A DNA stretch of 64,000 nucleotides. It comes from an uncultured Thermoleophilia bacterium. GTDB lineage: Bacteria > Actinomycetota > Thermoleophilia > Gaiellales > F1-60-MAGs149. The stretch is taken from positions 304,602 through 368,601 of the forward strand of contig CAWDBC010000007.1 of the NCBI GenBank assembly GCA_963800515.1, given 5' to 3'. The notes below the pieces were generated by a model. The model was not told where the DNA came from and did no database searches. It saw only the letters and a program-made list of their open reading frames with translations. The position numbers were made by a program, and so were the translations under genes. Below, piece by piece: positions 1 through 10,088 of the stretch (positions are counted from its first letter, which is position 1; every line of letters starts with the position of its first letter).

Positions 1-1
1 G

Positions 2-64
2 GACTACGTGGAGCGCTTCCGCAACGCCCGGGTGATCGGCGTCGTCGACGAGTCCCGGCTCTGA
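2..64 (+). CDS. hpt: 3' end of hypoxanthine phosphoribosyltransferase (partial)
   Basis: Frame 2 reads DYVERFRNARVIGVVDESRL*, resembling the HPRT C-terminal DY.ERYRNL..IG motif; hpt usually precedes ftsH. Confidence 0.7.
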   Translation, partial: DYVERFRNARVIGVVDESRL

Positions 65-86
65 CCGTCCCGCGTCGGGGCGGGCC

Positions 87-830
87 TCAGACGCTCGCCG
101 TCATCACGGGCTTCGTCGTCGGTTGGGACGAGCCGCCGGAGGGCTCGACGCTGACGGCGTAGATCTTCGTGCCCGACACGTCCGGGACGGTCCGGGTCAC
201 CTTGCCGCCGCCGACGAGGCCGAGCGACACGGCCCGTCCGTCCGCCGGGATCGCCCACAGCTGGTAGACGTGGCCGGAGGGCACGGCGGGCATCGTGGCG
301 ACGAAGACGGGCTTGCGGCCAGGCGCCGTGATCACGCGCGCGGCCGCCGAGGGAGTGGGCGAGGAGAGTTGGAGGACCCGGGCGCCCGGCGCCTGCAGGG
401 CCGCCTGGAGGTCCGTCGAGGTGCCGGGCGACCGCTCGTGGACGGCGACCCCGAGCGCGACGACGGCGCATGCGGCCGCGAGCCCGGCCACCGTGCGGGC
501 CGGTGTCAGGAGCCGCCGGAGGCGCTCGCCGAGCGAGCTGCCCCTGGCGCCGGAGGGCGCGCCGGACGCCGCCGGCGACGGAGCGCCGCGGAGCTCGCGA
601 TCGACGCCGGCCGCCCGGACGATCGCCTCGCGGAGGTGCTCCGGGGGCTCGACCGGCGCGGCGGCGAGCGCCAGCAGGGCGGTCGTCTCCAGCGCCTCGT
701 CCAACGCGGCGCGGCAGTCCGCGCATCCTTCGAGATGCGCCTCGACCATCGCCGATTCCTCCGCTTCCGTCGCGCCGAGAGCGTAGGCCGACACGAGCTC
801 GCGCAGCTCCTGATGGCTCGACCCGGTCAT
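87..830 (-). CDS. Anti-sigma factor, RskA-like, with N-terminal zinc-finger (ZAS)
   Basis: MTGSSHQELRELVSAYALGA..EAHLEGCADC (HxxxCxxC), one TM segment, C-terminal YQLW...AVSVEPSGGSSQPT; overlaps the sigma stop codon. Confidence 0.88.
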   Translation of the reverse strand: MTGSSHQELRELVSAYALGATEAEESAMVEAHLEGCADCRAALDEALETTALLALAAAPVEPPEHLREAIVRAAGVDRELRGAPSPAASGAPSGARGSSLGERLRRLLTPARTVAGLAAACAVVALGVAVHERSPGTSTDLQAALQAPGARVLQLSSPTPSAAARVITAPGRKPVFVATMPAVPSGHVYQLWAIPADGRAVSLGLVGGGKVTRTVPDVSGTKIYAVSVEPSGGSSQPTTKPVMTASV

Positions 831-1408
831 ATGGACTGCAACCCCTCGTCGCCGCCGAGGAGCTGGCGGAGCTTGCCGAGGGCGGCGTGCGTCCTCGACT
901 TGATCGTCCCGATCGGCTCCTGCAGGCGGGCGGCGAGCTCCGACTGCGTGAGGCCGCCGAAGTACGCCAGCTCGAGGACCTCGCGGTCGCGGATCGAGAG
1001 CGAGCCGAGCGCCTCGCGGACGCGGGCGTCGCCGAGGCGCGAGGTGACCTGCGCCTCGACGTCGACCCCGGACGCCGTGTCCTGGAGGATCTCGTCGCTC
1101 GTGAGGCTGGGACGGGCCTCCTCGCGGCGGACGAGGTCGACGGACTTGTTGCGCACGATCGTGTAGAGCCAGGTCGAGACCTTCGCCCGCGTCGGGTCGA
1201 AGGAGGCGGCGCGGCGCCAGGCGGCGAGGAAGCTCTCCTGGACCGCATCCTCGGCCAGCTCGCGATCCCTGACGATCCGGTAGGACAGCGCGAAGGCGGT
1301 CCGCCCGAAGCGGTCGTAGAGGACGCCGAGCGCCCGCTCGTCGCCCGCGGCGCATCGCTCGAGCAGCCGGGCGTCGTCGATGGCGTGGCTGGGCGGCTGG
1401 GGGGACAT
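827..1408 (-). CDS. ECF RNA polymerase sigma factor (SigK-like)
   Basis: AEDAVQESFLAAWR, TWLYTIVRNKSVD and LAYFGGLTQSELA...PIGTIKSR (sigma regions 2 and 4); start uncertain (1408 or 1483). Confidence 0.92.
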   Translation of the reverse strand: MSPQPPSHAIDDARLLERCAAGDERALGVLYDRFGRTAFALSYRIVRDRELAEDAVQESFLAAWRRAASFDPTRAKVSTWLYTIVRNKSVDLVRREEARPSLTSDEILQDTASGVDVEAQVTSRLGDARVREALGSLSIRDREVLELAYFGGLTQSELAARLQEPIGTIKSRTHAALGKLRQLLGGDEGLQSI

Positions 1409-1492
1409 CAGCGGCCACAGCACTCTACGCGTGATCGCTCCGGCCGCCCGGGGAAGAGACGGCGTGATCGACGCGTTTCCCATGTCAGTCCG

Positions 1493-1517
1493 TTCGCCCC
1501 CCGTGGCGGACCGGTTC
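1493..1517 (-). promoter_or_regulatory. Candidate ECF-type autoregulatory promoter GAACC-N16-CGAA
   Basis: Minus strand GAACC ggtccgccacgggggg CGAA upstream of the sigma gene; ECF-like -35/-10 spacing. Confidence 0.4.
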
Positions 1518-1644
1518 GTGAACCCGATCACACCGAACCACCGGCGAGCGCGCAGCGAACGGACCGGCACGACCCGCCTCGACTCGCACCCAGATTGGGG
1601 TTCCGTTGAGCACCTTCCGCCCCGAGAGACCGTTCCAACCCGCA

Positions 1645-1653
1645 TGCTAAGGT
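1645..1653 (+). promoter_or_regulatory. Candidate extended -10 (TGcTAAGGT) for ftsH
   Basis: TGn-TAnnnT about 70 nt upstream of the ftsH GTG. Confidence 0.4.
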
Positions 1654-1723
1654 GGTTTCGAGGGTCTGCGACGGATCCACTCCCCGTGGGCGCTTCTCTA
1701 CCCCGACGATCAGGCCACATCTC

Positions 1724-3697
1724 GTGAATCGCATCTTCAAGTCACTGCTGGTCCCCATGCTGGCCGTGATCCTGCTCGTCTATCTCGTCCAGAACACGGT
1801 CATGTCGTCGTCGGCGACGGCCAAGCCGGCGTACTCGTGGTCGCAGCTCCTGACGGACCTCGACGGGCACAAGGTGTCGGCGCTGAAGTACCGCCCGACG
1901 GCCAACACCGCCGACGTCACGGTGCAGGACGCCAGCGATCCGACGAAGCTCGACCACCACTCGGTCGGCGTCCCGGGCGACAAGGCGTGGGAGTCCGTCT
2001 ACGACAAGTACTCGAGCGACAAGTCGATCGTCTTCACGGGCAGCCGCTCGGGCGGCTCGACGATCGTCTCGATCATCACCTACGTCCTGCCGTTCGTGCT
2101 CATCCTCGGCTTCTGGCTCCTGATCATGAACCAGATGCAGGGCGGGGGCTCGCGGGTCATGAACTTCGGTAAGAGCCGGGCCAAGCGGATGGCGGTGGAC
2201 TCGCCGAAGGTGACGTTCAAGGACGTCGCGGGAGCGGACGAGGCGGTCGAGGAGCTCGAGGAGATCAAGGAGTTCCTGGAGAACCCCAAGCGGTTCCAGT
2301 CGCTCGGCGCGCGGATCCCGAAGGGCGTGCTGCTCTTCGGCCCCCCGGGCACCGGCAAGACGCTCCTGGCCCGCGCGGTCGCCGGCGAGGCGGGCGTGCC
2401 GTTCTTCTCGATCTCCGGCTCGGACTTCGTGGAGATGTTCGTCGGCGTCGGTGCGAGCCGCGTCCGCGACCTCTTCGAGCAGGCCAAGCAGAACTCCCCC
2501 TGCATCATCTTCATGGACGAGATCGACGCCGTGGGCCGGCATCGCGGCGCCGGCATGGGCGGCGGCCACGACGAGCGCGAGCAGACGCTGAACCAGCTCC
2601 TCGTCGAGATGGACGGGTTCGAGCTGAAGGACAACATCATCCTGATCGCGGCGACGAACCGCCCGGACATCCTCGACCCGGCCCTGCTCCGGCCCGGGCG
2701 CTTCGACCGCCAGATCGTCGTCGACCGTCCCGACCGGGCCGGGCGCGAGCAGATCCTGCGCGTCCACTCGAAGGGCAAGCCGATCTCCCGCGACATCGAC
2801 CTCGCGGTCCTGGCGGGCCAGACCCCGGGCTTCACCGGCGCCGACCTCGCGAACCTCGTCAACGAGGCGGCGCTCCTGACCGCGCGGCACAACAAGAAGA
2901 CGATCACGATGATCGAGCTCGAAGAGGGCATCATGCGGGTCATCGCCGGTCCCGAGAAGAAGACGCGGCTCCTGTCCGAGAAGGAGCGGCTGATCACCGC
3001 CTACCACGAGATGGGCCACGCGATCGTCGCGCAGAAGCTGCCGAACTGCGACCCGGTCCACAAGGTCTCGATCATCTCGCGCGGCCAGGCCCTCGGGTAC
3101 ACGATCTCGCTGCCGACCGAGGACCGGTTCCTGCAGACGCGGGCCGCCCTGATGGACAACCTGGCGATGACGCTCGGCGGCCGCGCGGCCGAGGAGCTCG
3201 TCTTCGACGAGGTCACGACGGGCGCCGCGAACGACATCGAGAAGGTCACCTCGACCTCGAAGAACATGGTCATGCGGTTCGGGATGTCCGAGAAGCTCGG
3301 GCCCCGGATGCTCGGCCGCGCGCACGACCAGCCGTTCCTGGGGCGCGAGATGTCCCAGGAGGCCGACTACTCGCAGGAGATCGCCCGCGAGATCGACGAG
3401 GAGATCCGGCGGATCATCGAGGAGGCGCACGAGCGCGCTCGCCAGGTGCTGACGGAGAACCGCGAGCTCCTCGACATCACCTCGAAGATCCTGCTCGAGC
3501 GCGAGACGATCGACCGCAACCAGTTCCTCCGCCTGATCGACGGCGAGAGCGAGGAGTCCGTCTTCGCCGAGGCCGATCGCAAGGCCGCCGAGAAGGCGCG
3601 CGAGGTGCAGGGCGTCAGCCGGGAGGAGCAGCCCCGCGCCCGCGGCCTCAACCTGCCGCTCCCCGGCGCCCCCGAGCCCCCGCCCGCCGGCGCCTAG
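1724..3697 (+). CDS. ftsH: ATP-dependent zinc metalloprotease FtsH
   Basis: Two N-terminal TMs, GPPGTGKT Walker A, IIFMDEID Walker B, SRH, HEMGH zinc motif; GTG start at 1724. Confidence 0.97.
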   Translation: MNRIFKSLLVPMLAVILLVYLVQNTVMSSSATAKPAYSWSQLLTDLDGHKVSALKYRPTANTADVTVQDASDPTKLDHHSVGVPGDKAWESVYDKYSSDKSIVFTGSRSGGSTIVSIITYVLPFVLILGFWLLIMNQMQGGGSRVMNFGKSRAKRMAVDSPKVTFKDVAGADEAVEELEEIKEFLENPKRFQSLGARIPKGVLLFGPPGTGKTLLARAVAGEAGVPFFSISGSDFVEMFVGVGASRVRDLFEQAKQNSPCIIFMDEIDAVGRHRGAGMGGGHDEREQTLNQLLVEMDGFELKDNIILIAATNRPDILDPALLRPGRFDRQIVVDRPDRAGREQILRVHSKGKPISRDIDLAVLAGQTPGFTGADLANLVNEAALLTARHNKKTITMIELEEGIMRVIAGPEKKTRLLSEKERLITAYHEMGHAIVAQKLPNCDPVHKVSIISRGQALGYTISLPTEDRFLQTRAALMDNLAMTLGGRAAEELVFDEVTTGAANDIEKVTSTSKNMVMRFGMSEKLGPRMLGRAHDQPFLGREMSQEADYSQEIAREIDEEIRRIIEEAHERARQVLTENRELLDITSKILLERETIDRNQFLRLIDGESEESVFAEADRKAAEKAREVQGVSREEQPRARGLNLPLPGAPEPPPAGA

Positions 3698-3718
3698 CCC
3701 GCCGGTGACCTGGGCGGC

Positions 3719-4282
3719 GTGATGCTCCCGCTGGAGCCGAACTGCGCGCTCCTCGTGGTCGACCTCCAGCACGCCTTCGACGATCCGGAGTCCTGGGGCG
3801 GCGGCCGCTCGAACCCCGCCTGCGAGGCGAACGTCGGACGGCTGCTCGGCGCCTGGCGGGCCGCCGGCCGCCCGGTCGTCGTCGTCCGCCACGATTCCAC
3901 CGAGCCCGGGTCGCCGCTCGCCCCCGGCACGCCCGGAAACACGCTGCGGCCCGAGGTGGCGGCCGAGGACGGCGACCTGATGGTCGCCAAGTCGGTCAAC
4001 TCCTGCTTCTACGGGACGCCCGACCTGGACGCCTGGCTACGAGAGCGGCAGATCCGGCAGCTGGCGATCTGCGGGATGACGACGAACCACTGCTGCGAGA
4101 CCACCGCCCGGATGGCCGGCAACCTCGGCTACGACGTGCTCTTCGTCCTCGACGCGACGGCGACCTTCGATCGGCGCGGGCCCGACGGCGAGGTCGTCGC
4201 CGCCGCCGACCTGGAGCGGGCGACGGCGGCGAGCCTCCACGGCGAGTTCGCCCGCGTGGTCTCGACGGCCGACGTCGTCTGA
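3719..4282 (+). CDS. Isochorismatase-family cysteine hydrolase
   Basis: ALLVVDLQ, K-SVNSCFYGT, GMTTNHCCETTAR. Confidence 0.9.
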   Translation: MMLPLEPNCALLVVDLQHAFDDPESWGGGRSNPACEANVGRLLGAWRAAGRPVVVVRHDSTEPGSPLAPGTPGNTLRPEVAAEDGDLMVAKSVNSCFYGTPDLDAWLRERQIRQLAICGMTTNHCCETTARMAGNLGYDVLFVLDATATFDRRGPDGEVVAAADLERATAASLHGEFARVVSTADVV

Positions 4283-4332
4283 GGGTCGGCGGGCCCGCCG
4301 CGCCGGCCGCGACCTCGCGACGCGGCGACGGC

Positions 4333-4988
4333 TCAGGGCCGCACGCCGACGCGGATCGGCCCGAGCCGCGGGTCCGCGGCGGCCGGCGCGCCCTCGACCT
4401 CGACCTCGACGGCGAGCACCGTCGCCGAGGCGGAACATGCCGCCGTCGGAAACCACGGGCGCCCGGGCGTCGTCAGGACGAGCCGGGCCTCGAGGTCGCC
4501 GGCGAAGCCGAAGTCCGGGCCGGCCGCGCCGAGCGTCGGCACGCCGGCGGCGCCGAGGAGCCTCGTCGCCTCGCGTGGGTCGGCGACGAGGAGGCCCACC
4601 TCGACGACCGATCCGGCCAGCGGTCCGCCGGGACCGGTGTCGCCGGTCCGCGCGATCAACTCGAGCACGTCGCCCTGGGGATCCGTGAGGTAGACCGCCC
4701 GGGCCGCGAGGAACGGCCAGTCCTGGATCGCGGCTCCACCCTCCCCGGGCAGATGGGCGCCGGTCCCGGTGGCGAGCGCGACCGCCTCCTCCAGCCGGTC
4801 CTCGGCGACCCGGAAGGCGAGGTGGTTGCGCCCCTCGCCGGCTCCGTCCGGGCGATCGTGGAACCGGAGCTCCGTCCCCCGAGCCGGACGGCGGACGCTC
4901 CCGCGCGGGCGGCGCCCAGGGTCTCGGCGTACCAGCGGGCGGTCCCCGCCGGATCGAGCACGGCGACGTCGGCGGAGACGATGCGCAT
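4333..4988 (-). CDS. VOC/glyoxalase-like protein, frameshifted near 4876-4880
   Basis: N-terminus MRIVSADVAV...ARWYAETLG continues in another frame as GTELRF...NHLAFRV...AVYLTDPQGDVLELIAR; the shift is at a G homopolymer. Confidence 0.7.
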
Positions 4989-5058
4989 GGTCGAGGATCG
5001 ACCGCCGGCGGAACGGTCAAACGCCGCCGCACGAGCCTCCTGTGGGACGATCTGCCGC

Positions 5059-5898
5059 GTGACCGCCGCTCCGTCGCTCCGCGATCGCTACGGGAACGGG
5101 CCGCTCCTCATGGGCATCGTCAACGTGACGCCCGATTCCTTCTCCGACGGCGGCCGCTTCCTCGGCGCCGACGCGGCGGCGGCGCACGCCCGGCGGCTGG
5201 CCGCCGAGGGGGCCGCCTTCGTCGACGTGGGGGGCGAGTCGACCCGGCCCGGGGCCGAACCGACGTCGGACGACGAGGAGCTCGCCCGCGTCGTCCCGGT
5301 GCTCGAGCGCCTGGACGGCCTGGCGGCGGCGATCTCGATCGACACGGCGAAGCCGGCGGTCGCCGCCCGCGCGCTCGACCTGGGCGCGACGCTCGTCAAC
5401 GACGTCACCGCGCTCGCCGCGGCCGGGATGGCCGAGCTGGTGGCCGAGCGCGGCGCCGACGTCTGCCTGATGCACATGCTCGGCACGCCCCGGACGATGC
5501 AGGACGACCCCCGCTACGCCGACGTGCTGGCCGAGGTCTCGGCGTGGCTCGCCGAGCGCGTCGAGCGGGCCGTGGGATCGGGGATCGACCGCGGCCGGAT
5601 CTGCGTCGACCCCGGGATCGGGTTCGGCAAGACCCCGGCCCACAACCTCGCCCTGATCCGCGGCGTCCGGGTCATCGAGGAGACGTGCGGAGCGCCGGTC
5701 GTGATCGGCCTCTCCCGCAAGCGCTTCCTCGCCGCCGTCATCGCCGACCCCGAGGCGGATCGGGTGGCGGCGTCGGTCGCGGCCGACCTCGGCGCGGCCG
5801 ACGCGGGGGCGTGGATGCTCCGCGTGCACGACGTCGAGCCCCATCGCCACGCGTTCGCCGTGCGGGCCGCCCTCCAGGCCACGGGAGCCCCGCGATGA
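5059..5898 (+). CDS. folP: Dihydropteroate synthase
   Basis: MGIVNVTPDSFSDGG, DVGGESTRPG, DPGIGFGK, GLSRKRFL, LRVHDV. Confidence 0.96.
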   Translation: MTAAPSLRDRYGNGPLLMGIVNVTPDSFSDGGRFLGADAAAAHARRLAAEGAAFVDVGGESTRPGAEPTSDDEELARVVPVLERLDGLAAAISIDTAKPAVAARALDLGATLVNDVTALAAAGMAELVAERGADVCLMHMLGTPRTMQDDPRYADVLAEVSAWLAERVERAVGSGIDRGRICVDPGIGFGKTPAHNLALIRGVRVIEETCGAPVVIGLSRKRFLAAVIADPEADRVAASVAADLGAADAGAWMLRVHDVEPHRHAFAVRAALQATGAPR

Positions 5899-6738
5899 CG
5901 GTCGGTCGCCGTCCGCGGGCTCGCCTTCTTCGGCTTCCACGGGGTGCTCGAGGAGGAGAAGCGGCTCGGCCAGCGCTTCCGGCTCGATCTCGAGGCGGTG
6001 CCCTGGACGGCGCGGGCGGAGGAGTCCGACGACGTCGGCGACGCCGTCCACTACGGCGAGCTGGCGGCCCGCGCCTTCGCGATCGCCACGAGCGAGCGGT
6101 ACGACCTCCTGGAGCGGCTGGCGGCGCGGATCGCCGACGCGCTCTTCGCGGAGTTCCCGCTCCGCGCGGTCCGCGTCACCGTCGGCAAGCCGTCCGCGCC
6201 GGTGCCGCTCGTCCTCGACACCGTCGAGGTCGAGGTCGCCCGCCGCGCCTCGGAGGGCGTCATCGTCGCCCTCGGCGGCAACGTCGGGGACCCGGAGGCC
6301 ACGCTCCGCGCCGTCGCCGACGAGCTCGCCGGGACCGCAGGCGTCGACCTCGTCGCCCGCTCGCGGCTCTACCGCTCGGCGCCGCTCGGCGGGCCCGACC
6401 AGCCGGCCTATCTGAACGCCGCCGTCGGCCTCACGACGCGCCTCGGGCCGGAGGCCCTGCTCGATCGGCTGCAGGAGCTCGAGCGGGACCACGGACGGAC
6501 GCGCGAGGTTCGCTGGGGCCCGCGCACGATCGACCTCGACCTCCTCCTCTACGGCGCCTCGGCGATCTCGAGCGGCCGGCTGACCGTTCCCCACCCGCGG
6601 CTCGCGGAGCGGCGGTTCGCTCTCCTGCCGCTCCTCGACGTCCTGCCCGACGCCCGGATCGGCGGCCGCCCGGCCCGGCTCCTGGCCGACGCGCCCGAGA
6701 TCGCGGCCCAGGAGGTCGAGCCGGTCGGCTGGCTCTGA
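5895..6738 (+). CDS. folK: Bifunctional dihydroneopterin aldolase / HPPK (FolB-FolK fusion); apparent frameshift in the first 4 codons
   Basis: RGLAFFGFHGVLEEEKRLGQRF..VHYGEL..LLERLA..VGKP (FolB) fused to ALGGNVGD..YLNA..RWGPRTIDLDLL..PHP (FolK); ATG 5895 is out of frame with the body. Confidence 0.88.
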
Positions 6739-6823
6739 CGACGCGTCCCGCCCCCTGGGTCGGCCCTCCCGCCCGCGGGCGGTACGATGGACCGTCAGCC
6801 GACCACGACCTGGGAGCCCCTCC

Positions 6824-7174
6824 GTGTCCGATCTCGAGGACCTCGAGGAATTCGACGCCAAGCTCGAACTGGACCTGAAGCGGGAGTACGCGACGGTCTA
6901 CGGGCTCTTCCGCTACTGCGTCCTCACGCAGGACGCCACGTACCTGTGCAACAACCTAAAGCTCGACATCCAGCACCACCCGTCGTACCCGCTCTACCAC
7001 CTGTCGATGGAGGACGTCTGGGTCTGGGACAAGAACCGCCCGACGCGGATCATCCCCCGGGCGGACGTGCACAGCTCGCAGGACATCGTGATCGAGGAGC
7101 TGAAGCCCATCGACGACGTGCCGACGACGCTGCCGCCGGACTTCGTCGCGCCCGAGGACCCGCCGGCCGCCTGA
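6824..7174 (+). CDS. DUF2469-family protein
   Basis: LELDLKREY..V..LFRY....ATYLCN...MEDVWVWDKNRPTR resembles the actinobacterial DUF2469 signature. Confidence 0.8.
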   Translation: MSDLEDLEEFDAKLELDLKREYATVYGLFRYCVLTQDATYLCNNLKLDIQHHPSYPLYHLSMEDVWVWDKNRPTRIIPRADVHSSQDIVIEELKPIDDVPTTLPPDFVAPEDPPAA

Positions 7175-7184
7175 GGCCGCGCCC

Positions 7185-7973
7185 GTGCTCCTCGCCGCCG
7201 ACGTCGGCAACACCAACACCGTCCTCGGGCTGTTCGCCGAGGACGAGCTCGTCGCCGAGTGGCGGATCGCGACGCGGCTCCACGACACGGCCGACGAGCT
7301 CGACGTGAAGCTCGCGTCGCTGCTCGCCCGCCGCGGCCTCGCCGGCGGCGACGTCTCCGGCGTGGTCGTGTCCTGCACCGTGCCGGCGCTGACCGCGGGG
7401 TGGTCGATCGCGCTGGAGCGCGCCGGCGGCTCGCCCGTCCTCGTCGTGGGCCCCGGGGCGCGGACCGGGATGCCCCTCCTCTACGCGAACCCGGCCGAGA
7501 TCGGGCCGGATCGGATCGCGAACGCGGTCGCCGGCTTCGACCGCGTCGGCGGTGCCTGCATCGTCGTCGACTTCGGCACGTCGACGAACTTCGACGTCGT
7601 CTCGGCCTCCGGCGAGTTCCTCGGCGGCGTCCTCGCGCCCGGCCTCGAGGTCTCGATGGAGGCGCTGGCGGCGCGCGCCTCCAGGCTCGCCACGGTCGAG
7701 CTCGTCGCCCCGGCGCGGACGATCGGCAAGACGACATCGGCGGCGCTCCAGGCGGGTGCGGTCTTCGGCTTCGCCGGGCTCGTCGACGGCCTGATCGGCC
7801 GGATCCAGGCCGAGCTCGGGGAGGAGTGCCCGGTGATCGCGACCGGCGGGCTCGCGCCGACGGTCGCCCCGCACGCCGTCCGCGTGACCGAGTCCGTCGC
7901 CGAGCTGACGCTCGTGGGGCTCCGCCTGCTCTGGCACCGCAACAATGGAGAGGATGGGCATGCACGAGCATGA
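7185..7973 (+). CDS. coaX: Type III pantothenate kinase
   Basis: DVGNTN, IGPDRIAN, VVDFGTSTNFD, IATGGLA. Confidence 0.95.
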   Translation: MLLAADVGNTNTVLGLFAEDELVAEWRIATRLHDTADELDVKLASLLARRGLAGGDVSGVVVSCTVPALTAGWSIALERAGGSPVLVVGPGARTGMPLLYANPAEIGPDRIANAVAGFDRVGGACIVVDFGTSTNFDVVSASGEFLGGVLAPGLEVSMEALAARASRLATVELVAPARTIGKTTSAALQAGAVFGFAGLVDGLIGRIQAELGEECPVIATGGLAPTVAPHAVRVTESVAELTLVGLRLLWHRNNGEDGHARA

Positions 7974-8820
7974 GGCGCAGCCGTCGGCCGAGCTCGTCGC
8001 GCTCGGCGGCGTCGCCTTCGACCGCGCGTTCACCCGCCTCGCCGAGGAGGGGCAGGACGACCTCCGGCCGTTCGCGCTCGTCGCCCGCGCCGGCGGCGAG
8101 ATCGATGAGCGGCTGATCGACGAGGCGGCGGTCAGCCTCGCTCCCCTCCACGAGTGGGTGCTCGCCGAGGCCGACGACGCCGTCGGCTACGCGATCGCCT
8201 TCCTCACGGACGTCGAGACCGAGGATGGGGCGGAGGTCGCCGCCGTCGGGCTCGAGGCGGGCGAGGGGGACGATCACACGGCGTTCATCATCGTCACGCC
8301 GTACCGGTGGAAGGTGAACGGCGACCTCGAGGTGACCGACGATCCGCAGATCGTGGGCCACGCCCACACGGCGCTCCACGCCCACGATCATGACCACGAG
8401 GGCGACGAGGAGATCTCGGAGGAGCTCGACGATCTGATCGGCGCCGCGCTCGAGCGTGCGACGGCCGCGCGGAACGCCGGGACGTCCACGACCTTCGCGC
8501 TGATCGCCGCGGCCGGCGCCGAGCCGACCGAGGTGCCGGCGAGCGGCTCCTCCGCCCTCGGCGACCTGGAGCGCGCCGTGCGGGACGAGGCGGGCGCGGA
8601 GCGCTACGTGCTCCTCGCCGACTCGGACCTGTTCGCGGACGAGCTGCCGCGCCACGCCTTCCGGCTCGAGGTGGGGGAGGCCGGCGCCGACCACGGCCTC
8701 GTCCTCCTGCAGCCCTACGAGCTCGTCGACGGCGAGGTGCGGACCGTCGGCGAGCTCGAGTTCGTCGACCGGATCGGCCTGCTCGTCGGCGGCGAGAACG
8801 CGGCGCACGACGGGCCATGA
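7960..8820 (+). CDS. Acidic hypothetical protein with two similar domains and a His-rich linker
   Basis: High-GC codon usage, RBS GGAGAGG, overlaps coaX and the MFS gene. Confidence 0.75.
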   Translation: MHEHEAQPSAELVALGGVAFDRAFTRLAEEGQDDLRPFALVARAGGEIDERLIDEAAVSLAPLHEWVLAEADDAVGYAIAFLTDVETEDGAEVAAVGLEAGEGDDHTAFIIVTPYRWKVNGDLEVTDDPQIVGHAHTALHAHDHDHEGDEEISEELDDLIGAALERATAARNAGTSTTFALIAAAGAEPTEVPASGSSALGDLERAVRDEAGAERYVLLADSDLFADELPRHAFRLEVGEAGADHGLVLLQPYELVDGEVRTVGELEFVDRIGLLVGGENAAHDGP

Positions 8821-10088
8821 GCGGGGCGCCGGGCGGAAGGCCCGGCCGGGCTCGCGCCCGGGCAGTCCGGCTCCTCGAGCGTCCGGAGCGGCTGATCTTC
8901 GCGGGGTCGATCGATCCCGCCCTCCGTCCCGTGATCGCGATCAAGCTGCTCGCGACGAGCGCGGCGTCGATGCTCTTCACCTACGTCTCGATCTGGGCGA
9001 TCGAGCGGCTGCACTCCGGCCAGACGATGCTCGGCGCCGCCTGGATGATCGGGGCGATCGCGGGCTTCGTCTCCGGTTACCTGGGCGGCCACCTGTCCGA
9101 CCGCGTGGGCCGCCGGCGGATCGTCCTCGTCTCCCACGCGGGCACCGCGATCCAGGGCCTCCTCTACCTCGCCGCGGGCGGGAGCGCCTGGCTCGGCCTC
9201 TCGGCCTTCGTCCTCGCCGGCATCGTCCACCAGGCCTCCTCCGGGGCCGACGACGCCCTGATCGCCGATCTCGTGGCGCCGGAGGGCCGTCCCGAGGCCT
9301 ACGCCGCCACGCGGGTCGCCCAGAACCTGGGCGCCGCGATCGGCCCGGCGATCGGCGGGATCCTCCTCCACGTCGGCTGGAACGGCTTCTTCGCCGTGTC
9401 GGCGCTCCTCTCCGCGCTGTCCTTCCTCGTCGCCTACCGGTTCCTGCCGGCCACCGGGCGCTTCACGCCGGAGGCGGCGCCCGAGCGATCGTCGCTCGCC
9501 GTGATCCGCGCCGACGCCGGCTTCCGCTGGCTGCTCGTCGCCGGCAGCCTCGCGTTCGTCGTCTACACCGCCTACGAGACGCTCCTCCCGGTCTCGGCCA
9601 CGCAGACGCACCACCTGCCGAAGTCCCTCTGGGGGATCCTGCTCGTCATCAACCCGCTCGCCGTCACCTTCTTCCAGGTCCGCCTCTCGCGCCGGACGGC
9701 GACCCTCCCGCCGCTCCGCGTGATGACGGCCGCCCTCACGTGCATGGGGCTGCCCTTCCTGCTCCTCCAGCTCTCGGGCTCCACGCTCGTCGTCGCGCTG
9801 ATCCTCGTCGTCTTCGTGATCGGCGAGATGCTCTGGGTCCCGACGGTGATGGCGGTCGTCTCGACGATGGCGCCGGAGGACGTGCGGGGCGCCTACCTGG
9901 GCGCCTACGGGGCGACCAGCGCGGTCGGCTTCGCGCTCGGGCCGATCGGCGGCTTCGCCCTCCGCGAGCATTTCGGCGACGGGGTCATGTGGGTCGCCGT
10001 GGCCGCGGTCGCGTTCCTCGGGGTCGCGGTCTTCGCCGTCGCCTTCGATCGCATCGAAGGCCGCTCACCGCGCGAGGCGATCGCCTAG
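8817..10088 (+). CDS. MFS transporter
   Basis: GGHLSDRVGRRR motif A; about 12 hydrophobic segments. Confidence 0.92.
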   Translation: MSGAPGGRPGRARARAVRLLERPERLIFAGSIDPALRPVIAIKLLATSAASMLFTYVSIWAIERLHSGQTMLGAAWMIGAIAGFVSGYLGGHLSDRVGRRRIVLVSHAGTAIQGLLYLAAGGSAWLGLSAFVLAGIVHQASSGADDALIADLVAPEGRPEAYAATRVAQNLGAAIGPAIGGILLHVGWNGFFAVSALLSALSFLVAYRFLPATGRFTPEAAPERSSLAVIRADAGFRWLLVAGSLAFVVYTAYETLLPVSATQTHHLPKSLWGILLVINPLAVTFFQVRLSRRTATLPPLRVMTAALTCMGLPFLLLQLSGSTLVVALILVVFVIGEMLWVPTVMAVVSTMAPEDVRGAYLGAYGATSAVGFALGPIGGFALREHFGDGVMWVAVAAVAFLGVAVFAVAFDRIEGRSPREAIA

